Origin: Phycisphaerales bacterium
GTDB taxonomy: Bacteria > Planctomycetota > Phycisphaerae > WQYP01
DNA: 28,607 bases
NCBI GenBank assembly: GCA_027451365.1
Contig: DAIDJN010000075.1
Span: forward strand, 1-28,607
Direction of reading: 5' to 3'
In this document: piece after piece, positions 1-10,074 of the stretch
Position numbering within the stretch: position 1 is the stretch's first letter
Layout of the letters: every line of letters starts with the position of its first letter
Made by a program: the position numbers and the translations under genes
The notes under the pieces: model-generated
What the model was told of the DNA's origin: nothing
Databases searched by the model: none
What the model saw: only the letters and a program-made list of their open reading frames with translations

Positions 1-255
1 ATGTGTCCGCAGTGATCCACACTGCGGGCAGCAACCCGCTTCTTTTAAGGACGCTGAATCTGTCAGCCGAGCGTATTCCTCCAGCAGCGTTGGCATCAAC
101 GCGGCCTTGAATTCCTGCCCCAGCAACTCAAAATCCCGAAAGGTGGTTCCCCGCAACCGCTGGCCCTCATCCGCAGGAATCATCCGTTCCAAGGCATCGC
201 GGAATGTCTTGGTTATCCTCTCCAACGCTTCCTGACGACTGGTCGCTGCTGACAT
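1..255 (-). CDS. Probable ISKra4-like transposase, N-terminal part (truncated by the window edge)
   Basis: Manual translation from ATG at 255: MSAATSRQEALERITKTFRDALERMIPADEGQRLRGTTFRDFELLGQEFKAALMPTLLEEYARLTDSASLKEAGCCPQCGSLRTH, open to position 1. Strong SD (AAGGAGGAA) upstream. A helical N-terminus followed by CPxCG resembles ISKra4-type transposase N-termini (family call from recall). Confidence 0.55.
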   Translation of the reverse strand, partial: MSAATSRQEALERITKTFRDALERMIPADEGQRLRGTTFRDFELLGQEFKAALMPTLLEEYARLTDSASLKEAGCCPQCGSLRTH

Positions 256-276
256 GTTTTTTCCTCCTTGAATAAA

Positions 277-299
277 GTCACAACTGCCGAACCACATTC
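277..299 (-). mobile_element. Candidate left terminal inverted repeat of the IS at the window start
   Basis: Minus strand GAATGTGGTTCGGCAGTTGTGAC lies just upstream of the transposase SD and resembles ISKra4-like ends. The partner end is outside the window. Confidence 0.3.
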
Positions 300-408
300 T
301 GTGGATCAGCCTTCACATATTTTACCAAGCGCTACCCTGAACAGAAACTGTGACAAGCGCCACCAACCTTTACTCTCAAGCCGCAACTGGAATATTGACC
401 TGGCCGCG

Positions 409-417
409 TGGTATGAT
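409..417 (+). promoter_or_regulatory. Candidate extended -10 promoter element
   Basis: TGGTATGAT (TGn-TAnnnT) about 60 bp upstream of the ATG at 478. Confidence 0.3.
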
Positions 418-477
418 TCCGCATAATGGAGAGCGCGGCGAATCGAAAAATTTTTGCACGTTGGAGCGAACCACCAG

Positions 478-750
478 ATGCCAAGCCCAAAAGAACATTT
501 TTCGCCGCTTGAAGACGATGAGGGCGATGATTCCATAAAAGAAGAATTTTCGGCTGATCATACAAACTGCCCGGCTTGCCGGGAAATGATTTATGACGAT
601 GCGGACCGCTGCCCCTATTGCGGCGAATTCATTCTTTCGGCAAGCACCGGCGGCAAGCCGCAATGGGTGGTCATTACGGGCTGGGTGCTGATTGGCCTAT
701 TTCTGATTCTCATACTGGTATCCACGGTTCGCGAGTGGATGGGCCGGTAG
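478..750 (+). CDS. Small zinc-ribbon protein with C-terminal transmembrane helix
   Basis: Acidic N-terminus, CPAC-x10-CPYC zinc ribbon, then a hydrophobic stretch (WVVITGWVLIGLFLILILV). GGAG at 463-466 favours ATG 478 over TTG 454. Confidence 0.75.
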   Translation: MPSPKEHFSPLEDDEGDDSIKEEFSADHTNCPACREMIYDDADRCPYCGEFILSASTGGKPQWVVITGWVLIGLFLILILVSTVREWMGR

Positions 751-930
751 GAATGGGAACAATTTCCTGCATTTCCTTGTTAACGCGGTGCGGTTTGCCC
801 GGATGAAACTTTTGCGGTAACGTTCAAACTCAATTGTCGAGGCCCCTGCGGGCGAACGTGACAGTACCGGTAGCGGCATTTTAAACAAGGATTATGCAGC
901 AGGATAACCTCTCCTTTCGCAAATACGACC

Positions 931-2976
931 ATGGCAGCAGACAAGATACAATCCTCCGCGGGACAATCGGCCAAAAGCACGCAATCGACGGCTGGCTGGA
1001 CCCGTCAGGGCCATCCGGCGGCGACGGCTGCCCCGGACAGGAATCGCAATTCGACACTGAATCCACAATTGCTGGAAACGCTTTCGAACCGGCAACTGTT
1101 GGGATACATGTTCCAGTTCGTACGGCCCGTGCGAAAGACCGCCGTGCTCGCCTGTTCACTGGTTGTCGCCGGCGTTCTGCTGGAAGTGATTTCCGTTAAT
1201 CTCACGCGACTGGTAATCAACAAAGACAAAACGCTTCTTCAACTGGACCATCGACAGATTCGGGCGGCCGGTCACACCCGCGCTGTTGCGACCGCGGGCA
1301 GCCATCCGGTCCAGGCGTGGCATAACTTTGTGCATGGACCGTTTCATCTGATATTGATATTGGTCGGACTGCTGGCGCTGTTTGTCCTGCTTTCCGGAAT
1401 CTGCAATTATTTCCGGTCTGTGGTGAATACGCGATTAAGCATGAACATGGTTTTCCACATGCGGTCTGCGGTCTATGACCAGTTGCAGCGCGTGGGGTTT
1501 TCCTTTCATGATCAGCACACCAGCGGACAACTGATAAACCGGGCATTGTCGGATCTGCATAATATTCGATTCTTTATCAATCTTTCGCTCGTATCCATAG
1601 CGGAAATTGTGTTCTATGTGCTGGGATACAACATTCTGGTCGCGGCGATTAACCCGTGGATCGGTCTGGCCACACTGCTGCCGGTGCCGTTCTGGATATG
1701 GTACATCATCCGTTTTGGCAAGCGAATGCAGCCGATTCAAAAGCAACTGATGGACACCGGTGACGAACTGGTCACGATTTACAGTGAAAATGTCGCCGGC
1801 GTGCAGGTGGTAAAGGCTTTTGCCACGGAAGGAACGGAAGCCGGCAAATACAATGGAACGCTTGACCGGCTTTTTGGTCAGACCATGCTGACGGTGGGCA
1901 TGTGGGCCAATTTTATTCCAGTCATACGCGGAATAGCCACAGGCTCCAATCTGGTTTTGTTCTTACTTGGGTCGATTCTGGCGGTGCGCGGGATATTGCA
2001 TCCGGGCGATATTTTTGTGTTCGGCGTGGCCATGGGCGCGATTCTGTCCCGTCTGCAGCAGATCAACCAGATCACCAACCAGTATCAGACGGCGGTGGTT
2101 TCCGCCCGACGGTTTTTTGAAATTTTATACGCCACGCCGGCAATTCCGGATCCACCCAACCGTCCGCCGCTGCCCGACGGGCCGGGGACGGTGGAATTTT
2201 CTTTTGTAACGTTCGGGTACGATGCCCGTCGGCCTGTCCTGCGGGATGTCTCCTTTACCGCGCCAGGCGGATATATGGTGGCACTGGTGGGTCCGACCGG
2301 TGCCGGAAAATCAACTCTCATGCAGCTTCTGGCACGCTTTTACGATCCGCAGGCGGGAAGTATCACCATTGACGGCGCGAGTATTAGCCATGTATCACTG
2401 GCATCGTTACGAAAAAATGTAGGGTTTGTGTTTCAGGAAACGTTCCTGTTTTCAGATACGATCGCCGCCAATATTCGTTATGGCAATCCCGGCGCCACCG
2501 ATGGTGACGTTGAGGCTGCCGCGCGACTTGCCCAGGCACATGACTTTATCATGACCTTACCGCAGCAATATGAAACCATGCTCGGCGAGCGCGGCATGAC
2601 ACTTTCCGGCGGCCAGAAACAGCGCATCGCGATTGCCCGCGCGATTGTCGCCAATCCGCGAATTCTGGTGCTGGATGACGCGCTGGCGGCTGTGGATCCG
2701 GGAACGGAGCACCTGATACGCAAGGCCATGGAACTGGTGATGCACGAGCGGACAGTGTTTGTGATCGCCCATAGACTAAGCACCGTGAAAGCCGCTGATA
2801 TTGTGGTGGTTCTGGAGGATGGCCGCGTCACCCAATTGGGGCCGCACGAACAGCTTATGTCCCAGCCCGGGCATTACCGCTACATTGCGGAAGTACAGTT
2901 GCTGGGCAGGTCGAGCGGACTTTTGCCGGCTGAGTCGCCACATAAAACGCGGTTTGCCGGGGAGGCGGCCAAATGA
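931..2976 (+). CDS. ABC exporter, fused TMD-NBD half transporter (subunit A of a heterodimer)
   Basis: 681 aa with N-terminal TM helices, Walker A GPTGAGKST, Q-loop VFQE, signature LSGGQ, Walker B LVLDD and switch AHRLST. Confidence 0.95.
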   Translation: MAADKIQSSAGQSAKSTQSTAGWTRQGHPAATAAPDRNRNSTLNPQLLETLSNRQLLGYMFQFVRPVRKTAVLACSLVVAGVLLEVISVNLTRLVINKDKTLLQLDHRQIRAAGHTRAVATAGSHPVQAWHNFVHGPFHLILILVGLLALFVLLSGICNYFRSVVNTRLSMNMVFHMRSAVYDQLQRVGFSFHDQHTSGQLINRALSDLHNIRFFINLSLVSIAEIVFYVLGYNILVAAINPWIGLATLLPVPFWIWYIIRFGKRMQPIQKQLMDTGDELVTIYSENVAGVQVVKAFATEGTEAGKYNGTLDRLFGQTMLTVGMWANFIPVIRGIATGSNLVLFLLGSILAVRGILHPGDIFVFGVAMGAILSRLQQINQITNQYQTAVVSARRFFEILYATPAIPDPPNRPPLPDGPGTVEFSFVTFGYDARRPVLRDVSFTAPGGYMVALVGPTGAGKSTLMQLLARFYDPQAGSITIDGASISHVSLASLRKNVGFVFQETFLFSDTIAANIRYGNPGATDGDVEAAARLAQAHDFIMTLPQQYETMLGERGMTLSGGQKQRIAIARAIVANPRILVLDDALAAVDPGTEHLIRKAMELVMHERTVFVIAHRLSTVKAADIVVVLEDGRVTQLGPHEQLMSQPGHYRYIAEVQLLGRSSGLLPAESPHKTRFAGEAAK

Positions 2977-4997
2977 ACAGGCAACCGGTCGATCCGACAA
3001 ATCCGCGGAATTCCAGGCCGATGGGAGGCCGGTTTTCCTTTTTCAACTGGTTAAAGCTGAACCGGTCGCCGCGGCTTGCCAGGCCCGCTGCGCATAGCGT
3101 TCCTCAAACTCATACCGCTCCAGATGATCTGGAAGCCGACTACAAGCCGCTGGATTATAAGGTGGTACGCGGCGTATTGGACTGGATGAGACCGTACAAA
3201 AAGCAATATGCCTTGACCACGCTCATCGGACTGTGTGTCACCCTGCTGGAAATTCTGACTCCGCGTTACATGGAACAACTGATTGATGTGGATATTCCCG
3301 GCAAGACCTGGAATATTTTTGGTTCCATGCTGCTGGGGGCTGCCGGAATTTGTTCGCCGGCCTGGAAGCGGTATTTACTGAATTTGAATCAGACGGATCG
3401 CGCCTACGTCAATATTGTGCTGACCATTCTGGTCTGGGCAGTGACCATGGGAATCGCACTGCTGCTCCAGCGGATGGCGATATGGCATACCACGCTGATT
3501 GGCCAGAAGGTCATTTTTAATCTGCGGCGCGCCGTGTTCGGCCACCTGCAGAAGTTGTCCATGAATTATTATGATCGAACCCGTTTCGGGCGCATTCTGA
3601 CGCGCGGCACCAGCGACATTGACTCTATGAGTAATTTTATTGTCTGGGGCATTAATACGCTGGTCGGCAATCTGTCATTGATGATTGTCGTCGCAGCTAT
3701 CTTTATTATCATGGACTGGCGCATCGCACTTTCGGTGCTGTGGCTGGGGCCTGTGCTTTATTTCATGAACTTGACCTACCGGCGACGGGTGGGCGGGGCA
3801 TGGCGTCGCGTGCGCGAAGCCTATACGCGTGTGAGCACCAATCTGGCGGAGAATATTTCCGGCATGCGCGTGGTCACGGCGTTTAACCGCCAGGACCAGA
3901 ACCTGGACGCCTTTAATGGCCTTCAGGAACACAATACCGCCAACAATATGCGGGCCGCGCACATTAACGGCGTCTATCAGCCGCTGCTGAACGTTGTGGG
4001 CTTTGTGGGTCGTGTAATCATTCTGCTGCTGGGAACCTATCTGGTGTTCCATTCGTCACGGGATCCAGCCAGTCGCCCCATGACGGTAGGCGAACTGATT
4101 GCGCTGTATGTTTATTGGGACTGGTTTATGGGTCCGGTCATTAACTTTGGAAATTTCTACAACGACACCATGATGGCAATGGCCTGTGCGGAGCGGGTAC
4201 AGGCGCTGCTGCGGGAAATGCCGCAAGTGACGGACCAACCCGCGGCCCGTCCGTTGCCCCACGTGAGTGGCCAAGTCGTGTTTGAAAATGTTACATTTGG
4301 CTACGATCCGGCAAAGCCGGTGCTGCATGGCATTTCCTTCACCGCTCCGGCCGGCAAAACGATTGCTCTGGTCGGGCAGACCGGTTGTGGAAAATCCACC
4401 ATCGTCAGCCTGATTTGCCGGTTCTATCAACCGCAAAATGGACGAATTCTTATTGACGGCTTTGAACTGCGCGACATACAGAGCGAGAGTCTGCATCGGC
4501 AGATGGGGATTGTTTCACAGAATAATTACCTGTTCAGCGGCACGGTGTTAAGCAACATCCGCTATGCGCGTCCGGAGGCAACCGAGCAGGAGGTCATGGA
4601 CGCGGCGCGGCAATTAAACGCATACGACGCGATTCTTAGACTCAAGGACGGCTTTGCCACGGAAGTTGGAGAACGCGGTTCATCTCTTAGTCTTGGTCAG
4701 CGGCAATTAATCTGTTTCACCCGCGCCTTTCTGGCCAACCCGCGCATTCTGCTGCTGGATGAAGCAACCAGCGCCATGGATACAGCCACCGAATTGCTTA
4801 TACAACGCGCCATGGAAACGCTGGTTGCCAATCGGACCACGTTTGTCGTGGCGCATCGGTTAAGCACCATTACCAGCGCCGATCTGGTGCTGGTGCTGGA
4901 TCAGGGGCATATCATTGAATCCGGCACGCATCGGACGCTGCTGGAAAAGCAGGGAACCTATGCAGCGCTTTATCGCGAATTCACTGAACCGAGTTGA
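2973..4997 (+). CDS. ABC exporter, fused TMD-NBD half transporter (subunit B of a heterodimer)
   Basis: 674 aa, ATGA overlap with the upstream gene. Walker A GQTGCGKST, signature LSLGQ, Walker B LLLDE, switch AHRLST. Confidence 0.95.
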   Translation: MNRQPVDPTNPRNSRPMGGRFSFFNWLKLNRSPRLARPAAHSVPQTHTAPDDLEADYKPLDYKVVRGVLDWMRPYKKQYALTTLIGLCVTLLEILTPRYMEQLIDVDIPGKTWNIFGSMLLGAAGICSPAWKRYLLNLNQTDRAYVNIVLTILVWAVTMGIALLLQRMAIWHTTLIGQKVIFNLRRAVFGHLQKLSMNYYDRTRFGRILTRGTSDIDSMSNFIVWGINTLVGNLSLMIVVAAIFIIMDWRIALSVLWLGPVLYFMNLTYRRRVGGAWRRVREAYTRVSTNLAENISGMRVVTAFNRQDQNLDAFNGLQEHNTANNMRAAHINGVYQPLLNVVGFVGRVIILLLGTYLVFHSSRDPASRPMTVGELIALYVYWDWFMGPVINFGNFYNDTMMAMACAERVQALLREMPQVTDQPAARPLPHVSGQVVFENVTFGYDPAKPVLHGISFTAPAGKTIALVGQTGCGKSTIVSLICRFYQPQNGRILIDGFELRDIQSESLHRQMGIVSQNNYLFSGTVLSNIRYARPEATEQEVMDAARQLNAYDAILRLKDGFATEVGERGSSLSLGQRQLICFTRAFLANPRILLLDEATSAMDTATELLIQRAMETLVANRTTFVVAHRLSTITSADLVLVLDQGHIIESGTHRTLLEKQGTYAALYREFTEPS

Positions 4998-5182
4998 CAC
5001 AACGATTCGCAAAACACTACCCGATCCTGACGCATGATGCGGCTGACCGGTCGGGTTCAGATGTGCCGTGGCAAATCAGAACCGGATTCTGAACACACAT
5101 CCCCGGTCGTGGGTGAACCCGCCGATGCACGGTGGGCCGCGGACTTGTAACTTTTCCAATCATTTTATAACATTCATTTATT

Positions 5183-7201
5183 ATGAATAAACATTCATTG
5201 GTACCGTTACCTTATGCGCTTTATTCCACCCTGTTTTTGCTCAGCGGATTGCTGACCGGGACGGCGTGGGCTGCGCCCCATGCAACCGTGCGGATTAATG
5301 CCGCCGGTCCGGGTCGCGCGGAAAACCCGCAAATGTGGGGGCTTTTTATTGAAAACATCTGCCATGATGTGGATGGCGGCCTGTACGCCCAGATGATCCA
5401 GAACCCCGATTTCAAAAATGACATACCCCCCGCCGACTGCAAGGTGGTAAATGGAAAATGGATCAGTCCGGACGGACACATCCACAATCCGCCACGGGGC
5501 GGACCGCTGCTGGCATGGAAGTCAATTCATCCCATGGGCACGACTGTTCGGCTGAAACTTCAGACAATCCGGCCGCTTTCGCCGTCGCACCGGCTGTCGG
5601 TGCAGGTGATCGCAAGCGGTCGCGCCGCAGGCTTGGCTAATACCGGATACTGGGGAATGCCGCTTGACACCGGTAAATCCTATCAGATTTCGTTTTACGC
5701 CCGCACCGCGCAAATCGGGACTGTACCGCTGAAAGTTAAACTTTCTGACGTGGCCGGCACGCGGCAGTTTGCCCAACATTTACTGTCAATTGCCGGCAAC
5801 ACCTGGAAGCGCTATACATGCCGCCTGACAGCAACGGGCACAACGCGCCATGGCGCATTGGAATTCCTGACAACCGGCCCGGCGATTTTTAACCTGAATC
5901 TGATTCAAATGTTCCCGGTTTCCAAGGCGACTGGGCGGCCGGAATTTTTCCGTCACGATATTGTGCGTCTTCTGGCGAGGCTTCATGCCGGATTTTTACG
6001 GGTCCCCGGCGGCAATTTCATAGAAGGCTATTCGCTGGCGGACAGTTACAACTGGCGAAAAACCGTCGGACCGATGATCGACCGCCCGGGCCATGTCAAT
6101 TACTGGGGCTATCGCGATACGGACGGGTTCGGATTCATGGGTTGGATGAAACTGGCGCACCGCATTGGCGCCGCGCCTCTTTATTGCACCAGCGCCGGCC
6201 TGCTGTGGAATTCCCAAACCATTCCGGGAACAAAACTTCAGCCATTCATTCATCAGATGCTGACGGCGGTTGCGTTTGCCAACGACCCGGTTTCCAGCCG
6301 ATGGGGAAAATTGCGGGCGAAATTCGGCCATCCATTGCCATTCGGAATAAAGTGGGTGGAAATTGGCAATGAAAATGGTGGTCCGTCCTATTATCATAAT
6401 TACCCGATCATGGCCCGGGCATTGGGCAAAGCTTTTCCGGACATGAGGCAGATCGCGGACGACTGGGGAGGCGTTCCGCCAGGCCACCTTAAAATTATTG
6501 ATCAGCATTTTTATTTCGATCAGCAATGGTTTTTGAATAACTACCATCGCTATGATTCGGTTCCACGACGCGGTACCGACATATTCGTCGGCGAATATGC
6601 CGTCGGCAACACCAAGGCCCGCTACGGCGATTTTCGTTCTACTCTGGCGGAAACCGCGTTTATGATCGGCATGGAACGCAATTGCGATCTGGTTCGGCTG
6701 GCATCTTATGGTGTCACCCTGGACAACGCCGGCGCAGGACCCTGTCGCATTAACCTGATTGAATTTAATAACACATCCGCCTTCGGCCGCAGCATGTATT
6801 GGGTACAATATATGTTCAATCATAACCGGCCAGCGGAGATAGTCCCGACCCGCATTCGCGTTTCAGGCTACGCCGGCACCGGGCCGCATCCGCAGCGGTT
6901 TTTTGCAGACGCCGGCCTGACGGCGGATATGCGGACATTGATCATCAAAATGGATAATCCCTCCGCCCGTCCGATGCCCGTGACGCTGCGGCTGAATGGA
7001 TTTACTCGCATCGCGCCAGTCGGCACCGCGTATGTCCTCCATGAATCGAACCCCGGCCTGGATAATACTTTCCGCCATCCGAACCGCGTGGTTCCGCGAA
7101 AGCAGACCGTCCGCAGTATCGACAAAATGGTCCACTACACCGCGGAACCTTTTTCGATAACCGTCGTGCGACTTGCTGTAACAAAAGCCGCGAGGCCGTA
7201 A
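5183..7201 (+). CDS. Secreted alpha-L-arabinofuranosidase, GH51 family
   Basis: Signal peptide ending TAWA. Motifs GLFIENICHDVDGGLYAQMIQN, RVPGGNF, YNWRKTVGPMIDRPGH, VEIGNE (acid/base), FVGEYA (nucleophile) and MERNCDLVRLASY, plus a C-terminal beta-sandwich. Confidence 0.92.
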   Translation: MNKHSLVPLPYALYSTLFLLSGLLTGTAWAAPHATVRINAAGPGRAENPQMWGLFIENICHDVDGGLYAQMIQNPDFKNDIPPADCKVVNGKWISPDGHIHNPPRGGPLLAWKSIHPMGTTVRLKLQTIRPLSPSHRLSVQVIASGRAAGLANTGYWGMPLDTGKSYQISFYARTAQIGTVPLKVKLSDVAGTRQFAQHLLSIAGNTWKRYTCRLTATGTTRHGALEFLTTGPAIFNLNLIQMFPVSKATGRPEFFRHDIVRLLARLHAGFLRVPGGNFIEGYSLADSYNWRKTVGPMIDRPGHVNYWGYRDTDGFGFMGWMKLAHRIGAAPLYCTSAGLLWNSQTIPGTKLQPFIHQMLTAVAFANDPVSSRWGKLRAKFGHPLPFGIKWVEIGNENGGPSYYHNYPIMARALGKAFPDMRQIADDWGGVPPGHLKIIDQHFYFDQQWFLNNYHRYDSVPRRGTDIFVGEYAVGNTKARYGDFRSTLAETAFMIGMERNCDLVRLASYGVTLDNAGAGPCRINLIEFNNTSAFGRSMYWVQYMFNHNRPAEIVPTRIRVSGYAGTGPHPQRFFADAGLTADMRTLIIKMDNPSARPMPVTLRLNGFTRIAPVGTAYVLHESNPGLDNTFRHPNRVVPRKQTVRSIDKMVHYTAEPFSITVVRLAVTKAARP

Positions 7202-7381
7202 ATAGACCAACGCGTCAATAAATGCGCGCGAAAAATCTGCGAGTGAAGATCAGTCGTACCATTTGCTTTCACATTCGGTTGCAGTGTGGCTGGCCACTAA
7301 AACCGATCCATAGATTTGCTTATCGTGGAAACGCGGCAACCGAGGCTGTAAAGGCATGCCCTTATAGGTTAATCTTTCCCC

Positions 7382-10012
7382 ATGCAGCCGTTGCCTATTG
7401 ATCATCAGATTCCCGAGATACTCGAAACGCTTCGCCAGCGAGGTACGCTGGTGCTGCTTGCGGAGCCGGGCGCGGGAAAAACCACTCGCGTGCCGCCGGC
7501 TTTGATACGCGCCGGTCTGTGTCAGCCGCAGCATCCGCGAATTCTGGTGCTGCAGCCGCGGCGCGTGGCGGCCCGCGCCATCGCCCAGCGCATTGCTGAC
7601 GAACAGGGGTGGCCTTTGGGGGGACAAGTTGGCTATCACGTTCGCATGGAACGGAAATTTCAAACTCGCACACCACTGGTGCTGATAACCGAAGGCATTC
7701 TGACGCGGCAACTACTTACGGATCCGCTGCTGGAAGGTGTGGGCACAGTGGTGCTGGATGAATTTCATGAACGGTCCATTCATAGCGATGTCGCCCTGGC
7801 GATGCTCAAGCAGGTTCGCCAAACCGTGCGGCCAGACCTGCTGATTCTGGTCATGTCCGCCACGCTTGATCCCCAACCGATATCTCAATTTCTGGATAAT
7901 GCCCCGGTCCTGAATGTTCCCGGCCGCATGTTTCCGGTGACAATCCAATACGCCCCCGGCCCGGACAAATCACTGGAGGAACGCATCGCCGGAGCGGTTG
8001 AAACCGGGTTGACCATGCATGATGCGTCCACACAATCGGTCGGCCATCTGCTGGTTTTCCTGCCCGGGGCCGGCGAAATTAACCGCTGTTTGAAAACTCT
8101 GGCCGGGCTGGCAATGCGACATCAGGCCGTTCTTCTGCCGCTACACGGATCTCTTCCGCTGGAAATGCAGTTAAAAGCCCTGGCACCCGGACCACAGAAA
8201 AAGATTATTCTTTCCACCAATATTGCGGAATCCAGTTTGACCATTGACGGCGTTCGTGTGGTGGTGGATTCCGGCCTGGTTCGCCGCGCGGGTTTTGACG
8301 CCGATCGCGGCATTGACCGGCTGGATATGCAACGCATCAGCAGGGCCTCAGCCGCACAGCGCGCCGGCCGCGCTGGACGTACCGGCCCGGGCCATTGCAT
8401 TCGCCTGTGGTCCCTGCAGGAGAACAACCATCTGGCAGATTTTGACCTGCCGGAAATTCAGCGACTGGACCTGACACCGACCGTGCTTAGCCTCTATTCA
8501 TGGGACCGCCGCGGACCGGACGGAATTGACTGGCTTACCCCCCCGCCAGCCGAACGCGTCAGCGCCGCGGATCAATTCCTGCTGGCTATTCGGGCGCTGG
8601 CACCTTGTGCCGATGGCGGCCAAACCATTACCCCACTGGGAAAGCGATTGCTGGCGTTACCGCTTCACCCGCGGCTCGGAAATTTTATGCTGACGGCGGC
8701 AGGGCAGGGTCTGACTCGGCCCGCAGCGCTGCTGGCCGCCATGCTTTCCGAAAAAGACATCGTGGCAAGCCGTGCCAGCCGCACTGCACAGACCACGGGA
8801 GATTCCGATGTTCTCTGGCGGTTGAACTTGCTAACCAGCGGGCGCACAAGCTCCGCCGCCCAGGACCTGGCATTGGATGACGCAGCCGTCGATCGGGTGC
8901 GTATGGTTGCGGCTGAATTGCAGCAATTGGCCACTGCCACGACGCCTCCGGACGCGCGACAGCCACCACCCAAAATCCCGGACGGAGCAACTGAAACCCA
9001 GTTGCAAAAACTTCTACTGACAGCCTATCCGGACCGCGTGTGCCGCAGGCGCGCCGCGGATCCAGCGCGCGCCCTGATGGTGGGCGGTCGTGGGGTGCGG
9101 CTGGCACCGGAAAGCATTGTAAAACGCGCGGAATTTTTTCTGGCACTCGATGTGGAACTTTCCTCCAAAACCCGCCATAACGAGGCATTGGTTCGCCAGG
9201 CCAGCGCCATTGAGCCGACGTGGCTGGGCGAGCAGTTCCCCCACGCCATTGAGCAGCGCGACGAATTGATCTGGGACGCCAATACCCGCCGAATCACCGC
9301 CCAACGCACCACGCTCTATCATGACCTTCCGCTGGAACAGACCACGGGTGGCCAGCGCGATACCGGGGCAACACGTGATATGCTGCGGCGGGAACTTGGT
9401 CCGGTGGCGCAGGCCTGGCTCATGGAAAACAAGAACTGCGCACAACTCTTATTGCGATTCAATTTTTTACAGCGAACTATGCCGGACAAACACTGGCCGT
9501 TGCCTGAAGTTGATTTTCCACACGAACCAGACATTCCAACGAGCCGTCTCATGGGAGATATTCTGGCCGAGTGGCTGGCCGACCAGGCCGCTTCGACCGG
9601 CCGCGTCGATGACCTGCTGCTGCAGGATTCTCTCGCCGACCGACTGCTTGCCAGTTGGAATTATTCCACACGGACGTTAATTGATAAATGCGCGCCGCGG
9701 GATTTTAAACTGCCCAGCGGCCGCGTGGCGCAACTGCAATATCGCCCAGACGCGCCGCCAGTTCTTGCCGCGCGGGTGCAGGAGCTATTTGGTCTGCACG
9801 AAACACCACGTGTCGCGGAGGGTCGCGTAGCGGTGACATTGGAAATTCTTGGTCCCAATTATCGGCCCGTTCAAACCACCAGCGACTTAGCTGGTTTCTG
9901 GCGAGGCAGTTACCACCAGATTCGTAAAGACCTGCGCGCACGCTACCCTAAACACAACTGGCCGGACGAACCGCTAAAGGCCGTCGCCAAGCCGATGAAG
10001 CCGCGGACATAA
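7382..10012 (+). CDS. hrpB: ATP-dependent RNA helicase HrpB
   Basis: GAGKTT, QPRRVAAR, DEFHERS, MSAT, STNIAESSLT and QRAGRAGR motifs. HrpB C-terminus ARVQELFG...RPVQTTSDLAGFW...RYPKHNWP. Confidence 0.95.
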   Translation: MQPLPIDHQIPEILETLRQRGTLVLLAEPGAGKTTRVPPALIRAGLCQPQHPRILVLQPRRVAARAIAQRIADEQGWPLGGQVGYHVRMERKFQTRTPLVLITEGILTRQLLTDPLLEGVGTVVLDEFHERSIHSDVALAMLKQVRQTVRPDLLILVMSATLDPQPISQFLDNAPVLNVPGRMFPVTIQYAPGPDKSLEERIAGAVETGLTMHDASTQSVGHLLVFLPGAGEINRCLKTLAGLAMRHQAVLLPLHGSLPLEMQLKALAPGPQKKIILSTNIAESSLTIDGVRVVVDSGLVRRAGFDADRGIDRLDMQRISRASAAQRAGRAGRTGPGHCIRLWSLQENNHLADFDLPEIQRLDLTPTVLSLYSWDRRGPDGIDWLTPPPAERVSAADQFLLAIRALAPCADGGQTITPLGKRLLALPLHPRLGNFMLTAAGQGLTRPAALLAAMLSEKDIVASRASRTAQTTGDSDVLWRLNLLTSGRTSSAAQDLALDDAAVDRVRMVAAELQQLATATTPPDARQPPPKIPDGATETQLQKLLLTAYPDRVCRRRAADPARALMVGGRGVRLAPESIVKRAEFFLALDVELSSKTRHNEALVRQASAIEPTWLGEQFPHAIEQRDELIWDANTRRITAQRTTLYHDLPLEQTTGGQRDTGATRDMLRRELGPVAQAWLMENKNCAQLLLRFNFLQRTMPDKHWPLPEVDFPHEPDIPTSRLMGDILAEWLADQAASTGRVDDLLLQDSLADRLLASWNYSTRTLIDKCAPRDFKLPSGRVAQLQYRPDAPPVLAARVQELFGLHETPRVAEGRVAVTLEILGPNYRPVQTTSDLAGFWRGSYHQIRKDLRARYPKHNWPDEPLKAVAKPMKPRT

Positions 10013-10074
10013 CGGGCCAGATAGGCCCCCCGAGTCTTTCCACGATTCGTCACCACTTAAAAACAATGAACGGA

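Noticed and set aside
326..360. 7-bp direct repeat CAAGCGC flanking a 21-bp IR-like sequence
   Set aside because: Too short to distinguish from chance, and no partner end was found.
5083..5094. CCGGATTCTGAA, part of a small palindrome, recurs inverted at about 13156-13167 in another intergenic region
   Set aside because: A single 12-bp match with unrelated flanks is insufficient for a shared operator or repeat family.
5996..6823. 275-aa minus-strand ORF
   Set aside because: Antisense shadow of the GH51 gene with no recognisable motifs.
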